Shown here in pieces: positions 57,081 to 64,000 of a stretch of 64,000 nucleotides of DNA (position 1 is its first letter; every line of letters begins with the position of its first letter). A program made the position numbers and the translations under genes. Under the pieces are notes generated by a model, which did no database searches, had not been told where the DNA came from, and saw only the letters and a list, made by a program, of their open reading frames with translations. The stretch comes from Octopus vulgaris (Eukaryota). The stretch is from assembly GCA_951406725.2 (NCBI GenBank), contig OX597832.1, positions 60,326,001 through 60,390,000 on the forward strand, given 5' to 3'.

Positions 57081-57794
57081 GTCTGCTGTTGAATTATTCT
57101 TCACAATGACTTACATATCGTCGAATAATACATATTGATACGACTATGAAATATGTGTTACACAGTAATATATTATTGGTTGTTCAGTTAGTTTTTGGGG
57201 AGAGAGGGGGTGAAAAAGAAAGAAAGAATGAAAGAAAGAAGGAAGGAAAGAAAGAAAGACGTCTCGCTGGAAATTTATTGTCTGTAATTAAATAAAATAC
57301 ACCATATTATTGCTACTATTTTCTTTAATATTTATTTAATTTAATTTCGTTTTCAATTTCAATATTTGCTCCGTTAATATTCGCAGACAGACTGTTTCAA
57401 TATAATTGTGTCTCGTCAGTACAGAATTATCAAGTGGTTACATCAATTACATTACATTTGTTAAGAATTACAGCAAGTAAAATATGAAAATTACGAGAGT
57501 CAGGTAGAAATATTTGATATAAATATTTGATAAAAGAAAAATATTCATTAATATTAGTTCATAGTTCATTTCAGTTGGCGAGGAAGATAAATAAATAAAA
57601 AATTTTCATCTGGAGTACAAAGTTTTAAATTTTGAATTCCGATTTCAACATATCCTCTCTTCCTGGTGTTGGTTAGTCACTTATTTCTCAGAAATACAGG
57701 CTTGCAGGGAGTTTTCCAATCCAGCCACTTTGTACGGTGATAGGTGGGGTGTGGAGGGGGAGCAGAGGCATGGCGGCACTTTTTCTCACGTGTT

Positions 57795-57990
57795 CTTTCT
57801 TTTATTGTTTAGATGTCATTCGTTTCAGTCACTGGACTGATGCAAATGCTGTCTCAGTTGAACTATTCGATCCCAGCAAAAACAAAAAATGTCGATACAT
57901 TTTCTATCTGATTCTTTTCACAAAACTGCAAGGTTACGGAGACGTAAAGAAGCCAACACCGGTTGTCGAGCCGCGGGGAACAAATACAAA
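57795..57990 (-). repeat. Local direct duplicate of 56200-56390
   Basis: Near-identical, including idiosyncratic decay mutations. Confidence 0.9.
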
Positions 57991-58056
57991 TACACACACA
58001 CACACACATATGTATGTATATGACTGGCTTTTCCAGTATATATATATATATATATA

Positions 58057-58220
58057 TACTTTATTTAAAAATAGCAGAAATATCACAAAAACTGTTACTC
58101 AGAGTTTCACGTTCCCGTTCGTCGGACAGGTTTGTTAAAATAAATGAAGCATATTACTCTACCTCTGGTATTTGAGTACTCTTTTTTCACACCTTGTTTC
58201 ACATTTATGTGCTTACTCGG

Positions 58221-58222
<2 letters not shown>
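58057..58222 (-). mobile_element. Short repeat with a hammerhead-like motif at 58092-58129
   Basis: ctgt-CCGACGA-acg ggaa cgt-GAAACTC-T-GAGTA-acag; all three stems pair. Confidence 0.65.
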
Positions 58223-58299
<77 letters not shown>

Positions 58300-58312
58300 G
58301 CATGCATCTATG

Positions 58313-58364
<52 letters not shown>

Positions 58365-58367
<3 letters not shown>

Positions 58368-58749
58368 TGATACATCGCAGTACGAGTTTAATTCGTTTCA
58401 TAATCGATCTCGTCTTACGATTTACTCATTTTACAAATCAATTTTCGCCATTGAAATTAACTAAAATATAATTAATCCGTTCCAGCCCCCCAAAACCCAC
58501 TCAAAAACAATTTTTATGGGTTTTAAAACAGAAAAGGTATAGTTACAAGTAAAAGGACAATTATAAAAAAGAGAGTGCAAAAGAAATATGTAAACTGGTT
58601 TTATTAAATGAATTACCTTAAAAATGAGCCGATTTGTGCGCTCGTACTGCGGATTTCCGCTCGTTCTTCAAGACAAAAATTCGCACGAGTCTCAGCTCGT
58701 ACAGCAAATTACTCGTATAATGGGGTACTCGTACTGCGAGGTTCGACTG
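58365..58749. mobile_element. pogo/Tigger-like MITE with TA TSD
   Basis: TA|CAGTGATACATCGCAGTACGAG ... CTCGTACTGCGAGGTTCGACTG|TA with subterminal CTCGT repeats. Confidence 0.85.
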
Positions 58750-59647
58750 TATAAATATACAATGGGTTTTTTCCAATATAAATATTTATGTATGTATATA
58801 TGTATGTACATACAAGATAAAGGCCACGCCCTTGGGCCAATACAGCTTGGCACAAGTATCGTTTCAGACGTTGTCAGAATGCAAAGGTCGGCAAGCAACA
58901 ACATCAGGTATCGTTCCTCATACTCTAACAGTCTCGCTAGTCTGCCACCCTGGGCCGGTGCTTATTTTAATCGTCCTTGAAAGAAATGGAAACATTGACC
59001 TCGGCGGGATTTGAACGGGTAGCTCCAGGCTTCTTGCCCGATCCTCTAACTGTTACGCTAATAACTCACCCTAGATTGCTATCGCTTTGTTGACCCCGAA
59101 AGAACAAAAAGAGGGAATTGACTTTGGCAGGATTTGAACCAATAGCGGACAGCGTTAGAACAAACACCACAAGCGACTTTGCCCAATTTGCCGCCTTAGT
59201 TCCGTGACCCATTAAATACAAAAATAGGATGGTCAAGGATGGAATGTCTTGGTTCATAAATTTACTCTATTAAATTTGACGTAAGAGTACAAAACAACAA
59301 CAGCAACGGCTATAACGACAACAACAATAAAACAGCTGCAGCAGCAACAACAACAACAATTAATTGCTAATTGTCTCATTGTTTGCTTTTAAGCCTGACA
59401 TTGTAGTTAATTGGCAAAAACAGCAACGATTTCATTAATGGCGGGCGCAAGTCGTAGAACTTAAAGATTGTGTCGTCTGCTCTTTGAGATTTGTTAAACC
59501 TGATAACTCACAGATTAATAGATAAGTCGTGGGTTATTTGTGCTTCTTTTTTTGCTGTTTTCGTTGTTGTTATTTTCCTTGTTGTTGTTGTTGTTGCTCT
59601 TTGTTTGTTTGTTTGTTTTAGATTATTCAACACTCGGAAATATCAAT

Positions 59648-59887
59648 CTTCTACGTAAAGTGGCAAGCTTCTACGTAAAGTGGCGAGCTGCTACGTAAAT
59701 TGGCGAGCTTCTACGTAAAGTGGCGAGCTTCTACGTAAAGTGACAAGCTTCTACGTAAAGTGACAAGCTTCTACGTAAAGTTGCGAGCTTCTACGTAAAG
59801 TGACAAGCTTCTACGTAAAGTGGCGAGCTTCTACGTAAAGTGGCGAGCTTCTACGTAAAGTGGCGAGCTTTTACGTAAAGTGTCGAG
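59648..59887. repeat. 20-bp minisatellite x12 (CTTCTACGTAAAGTGGCGAG)
   Basis: Twelve contiguous units with no spacers. Confidence 0.97.
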
Positions 59888-60070
59888 AATAGTTAGCTAG
59901 CCGGGCTTACCAGTATTTCGTCTGCATGTACATTCTGAGCTTCAAATGCAGCCGATACAATAAATACCAGTTGTGCACTGGGGGAGAAATCAATGTAATC
60001 GACATCCCTCCACCCACCCCACTCCACCCCATCTTGCAGGCTTTGTGCCAAATTTTGAAGCCAATATTAA
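59878..60070 (+). mobile_element. Degraded family C SINE following the minisatellite
   Basis: GTATTTCGTCTGC..TTCTGAG..TTCAAAT, ACCAGTTG.GCACTGGGG, GCTTTGTGCC. Confidence 0.6.
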
Positions 60071-60177
60071 TCTCCTACTTGGCTGCAACAACGGTTGCCA
60101 ATTTTATTTTAATGAAAAGAAGCGAGAACGTTATAACTTATGGTGCAAGCGCGACAGAGTTGAAGGTCAGTTTGTGC

Positions 60178-60252
60178 TAAGCGGTTTCATTTTGCGTACT
60201 TTAGCTCTGTTACCATAGCAACAGACCCGATACTTTTTGATCAGAGCTCGCA
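60178..60252. mobile_element. Solo mariner-type terminal fragment
   Basis: Reverse complement TGCGAGCTCTGATCAAAAAGTATC resembles the TIR at 46406. Confidence 0.55.
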
Positions 60253-60391
60253 TGTATGTATGTATGTATGTATGTATGTATGTATGTATGTATGTATGTA
60301 TGTACGTACGTAGTACTACGTATGAATGTATGTATGTAGTATGTATACACACATATATACATACACATACATAGATACATGTGAATATACT

Positions 60392-60436
<45 letters not shown>

Positions 60437-60454
60437 GGAGGGAGAGAAGGAGAG

Positions 60455-60609
60455 AGTGTGTGTCGTAAGAAGCTTTCTTCCCAACCACATGGTTCCGGGT
60501 TCAGTCCCACTGCGTAATAGCACCTTGGGCAAGTGTCTTTTACTACAGCCTCGGGCTGATCAAGACTTGTGAGTAAATTTGGTTGACGGAAACTGAAAGA
60601 AGCCCGTCG

Positions 60610-60684
<75 letters not shown>

Positions 60685-61125
60685 TCTTTCTTTTATTCTT
60701 TTACTTGTTTCTGTCATCTGACTGCGGCCATGCTGGACCACCACCTTGAAGGGTTTTAGTCAAACAAATCGACACCAGGACTTATTCTTTTTAAAACCTA
60801 GTACTTATTCTATCAGTCTTTTTTGCCGAACTGCTAAGTTACGGGGAAGTAAACATACCAGCACTGGTTGTCAAGCAGTGATGAGGAGATAAATACAGAC
60901 ATACACACACAGACACACACACACATACGACGGGATTCTTTCAGTTTCTGTATACCTAATCTACTCACGAGGATTTGGTTGGCCCGAGGCTACAGCAGAA
61001 GAAACTTGCCCAAGGTACCACGCAGTGGGAATGATCCTGGAACCAAATGACAGGGAAGCACGCTTCTTACCGCACAGCCACACCTGCACCTATATATATA
61101 TATATGTGTGTATATATATATATAT

Positions 61126-61197
<72 letters not shown>

Positions 61198-61553
61198 GTT
61201 CCCGGGTTCAGTCCCACTGCGTGGCATCTTGGGCAAGTGTCTTCTGCTATAGCCCCGGGCCGACCAATGCCTTGTGAGTGGATTTGGTAGACGGAAACTG
61301 AAAGAAGCCTGTCGTATATATGTATATATATATATAAGTGTGTGTGTATATGTTTGTGTGTCTGTGTTTGTGCCCCTAGCATTGCTTGACAACCGATGCT
61401 GGTGTGTTTACGTCCCCGTCACTTAGCGGTTCGGCAAAAGAGACCGATAGAATAAGTACTGGGCTTACAAAGAATAAGTCCCGGGGTCGATTTGCTCGAC
61501 TAAAGGCGGTGCTCCAGCATGGCCGCAGTCAAATGACTGAAACAAGTTAAAGA

Positions 61554-61555
<2 letters not shown>
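60455..61555. mobile_element. Cluster of three family B SINEs in alternating orientation (60455-60612 +, 60685-61090 -, 61196-61555 +)
   Basis: Family B homology, separated by TA/TG arrays. Confidence 0.85.
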
Positions 61556-61607
<52 letters not shown>

Positions 61608-62217
61608 GTATGTATGTATGTATGTATATCGAAACGCGGAGTAGATAAAAGTGGGACAACTGATGAAGGGAATGTTCTTTATGTTACCTGTCCCGTTTCT
61701 CTATTTGTTTCTTTCGTTTTTCTGTTTCGTTTTCTATGTTTTTGTTTTTTATGTTCTCGTTTCTCATTTTGTTCACGTATTTCTTACGTCCTGTACCCAT
61801 ATATGCATGTATATATATATATACATATATATGTAGGTATGTACATATATGTATGTATATATGCACATAATCATATATTGCTTATATTATGTTATATATT
61901 TATATATATTTATATCTATATATATATACAGTTGATTCGAGATTCGAGGGAGTTATAACTTCATTAGGGATTATGTAATCCAAGAAATTCCACAGGCTAA
62001 TCTATTTTCCTATTAGCATTTAACCGAATGCTCAGAATTTCTAATTGACTTGGGGATAGCAGAGAAACATATGTAGGTTTTTTTTTAATTCCTTTTGAGC
62101 TTTGCAACTTATAATCAATTAATTTGTATTGTAATGTTTTTAAGGGAAATTTTTCAACACTTTTTAACATACAAATAAATTTTTCATTCATCCAATTCTC
62201 TCCATTTTCTTTTCTTC

Positions 62218-62317
<100 letters not shown>

Positions 62318-62364
62318 CATATATATAGAGAGAGAGATTCAGATGAATCTGATACTTTGCCTTC

Positions 62365-62395
<31 letters not shown>

Positions 62396-62427
62396 AATAT
62401 ATAATTATATATGTATATATGTATATA

Positions 62428-62528
<101 letters not shown>

Positions 62529-63039
62529 GATAGCTGGAATCTTATAAAGACTATCTGATTAGTGCCGCACGAAGTCTAATTCCTCACAGAAGTAATACAA
62601 ACATTCTCTTTGTTGACTGAAAAATCAGTGTCACTGCTATTGGACCCGCGTCAGTCGGTTGACTGATAAGGAGAGCACAAACTCAGTGTTGTTCGTATTC
62701 AGCTCAGTGTAAAATGGCAAAGAACCGCTTTGACTTCCGGCTTCCTGCGATTAACCGGTCTCGTAATTCTAACTATCGCAGCTGGCCAAAAACCAGATCC
62801 AAATACACAAACTCAATGCTGCTGCAGTTGCTACTGTTGTTGTCGTTGCTGCTGCTGCCGTTGTTATCGCTGTTGCTGCTGATGTTGATTTTGCTAATGT
62901 TGTTGTTGTTGTTGTTATTGTCACTGCTGCTGCTACTGATGCAAGTGTTGTTACTATCGTCTCTTTTGCTACTCTTGTTGCTGGTTTGTGTTGTTGCTAT
63001 TTTGTCATTGCTTTCTTCTTCTTCTTCTTCTTCTTCTTC

Positions 63040-63082
<43 letters not shown>

Positions 63083-63094
63083 CATCATCATCAA

Positions 63095-63138
<44 letters not shown>

Positions 63139-64000
63139 TAGTAGTAGTAGTAGTAGTAGTAGTAAAAAGCGTAGAGTTTCGCAAGACGGGGTCGTATAGC
63201 ATGGAAACTCCAGAGTCACAGGCCAGTAGACTGGCTTCAATAAACTACGTGTGTGTGTGTGTGTTTGCGTGTGTGCGTGCGTGTATTTTTGTGTCTGTGT
63301 GTGTATTATGTTTACACACACACACACACACGTACACACACACACACACACACATACTGTGTGGGTAAAAGAAAAAACTGTCTTTGATCCAACACCAGAT
63401 GACGAAGTAAATAGTGAAACATCTTGATGTCCCGGAAGTTGTGGTAGTATTCCATACTACATATCTCTATGTAGTATATATGAAGCCCGTTTCGCGGGTT
63501 TTTTTTTTCTAATTCACACTGATCTACAGTCGGAGCACAATTTACTTGATGAGCCACTGGGTACTCTCAGGGTTTAAATATTGCACTGTCTAAGCTTATG
63601 CACATGTATCTTCATTATGTGTGTATGGGTATACGTGTGCGGGCGACTGTACGTATATATTGATGTTTGTTCTCTTCTAACTTTAAGTTTTTGATATCTT
63701 CCAGTAAGGGAGAAGCCGGTTTCTAACAAAGATAAAAAAAACCCATCGTTTAAATGTATACTGCAAATAAAATGTCACATTTTGAACATTTTGAAAAATC
63801 TTGCATATTTCTACTCTTCAATTTACACATTGTATTTGTAATGTCCGTGTTAGCTGGTTGATTTCTTTTTCTGTAAAATGCTAGATTTTCCAGACCGTTA
63901 GAAATATACTCACAAAATCTAACAACACTATTTATTATTTGTATAAATTTGAATTTATAATCTGGGTAGAGAAACCGGAGGCTTCGAAGTAGTTGTCCGT

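Noticed and set aside
59648-59887. CRISPR-like array
   Set aside because: Contiguous units without unique spacers, eukaryotic context, no cas genes.
63360-63570. Possible GIY-YIG remnant on the minus strand
   Set aside because: Only scattered residues match; not supportable without a profile search.

Overview
AT-rich, extremely microsatellite-dense animal non-coding DNA (large intron or intergenic). The SINE families and repeat texture point to an octopus-type cephalopod; this is inference, not a database result. I found no credible host protein-coding exon. Nearly all ORF-track entries are translations of microsatellites. The window holds three tRNA-derived SINE families in many copies, decayed Tx1/L1-clade LINEs, several restriction-like-endonuclease (Dong/R4-like) LINE 3' ends sitting in (AAT)n arrays, Penelope-like (GIY-YIG) remnants, mariner/pogo/Helentron-type DNA elements, a 5S rRNA pseudogene and several minisatellites. 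The most interesting signals are: (1) a tRNA-headed SINE-like element ending in a minimal type-I hammerhead ribozyme, with an inverted 5' copy (49392-49822); (2) several further unrelated short repeats carrying canonical or variant minimal hammerhead folds; (3) a SINE that shares its 3' tail with the Tx1 LINE and forms multimers with an identical junction at two loci; (4) long fold-back palindromes next to (TA)n insertion sites.
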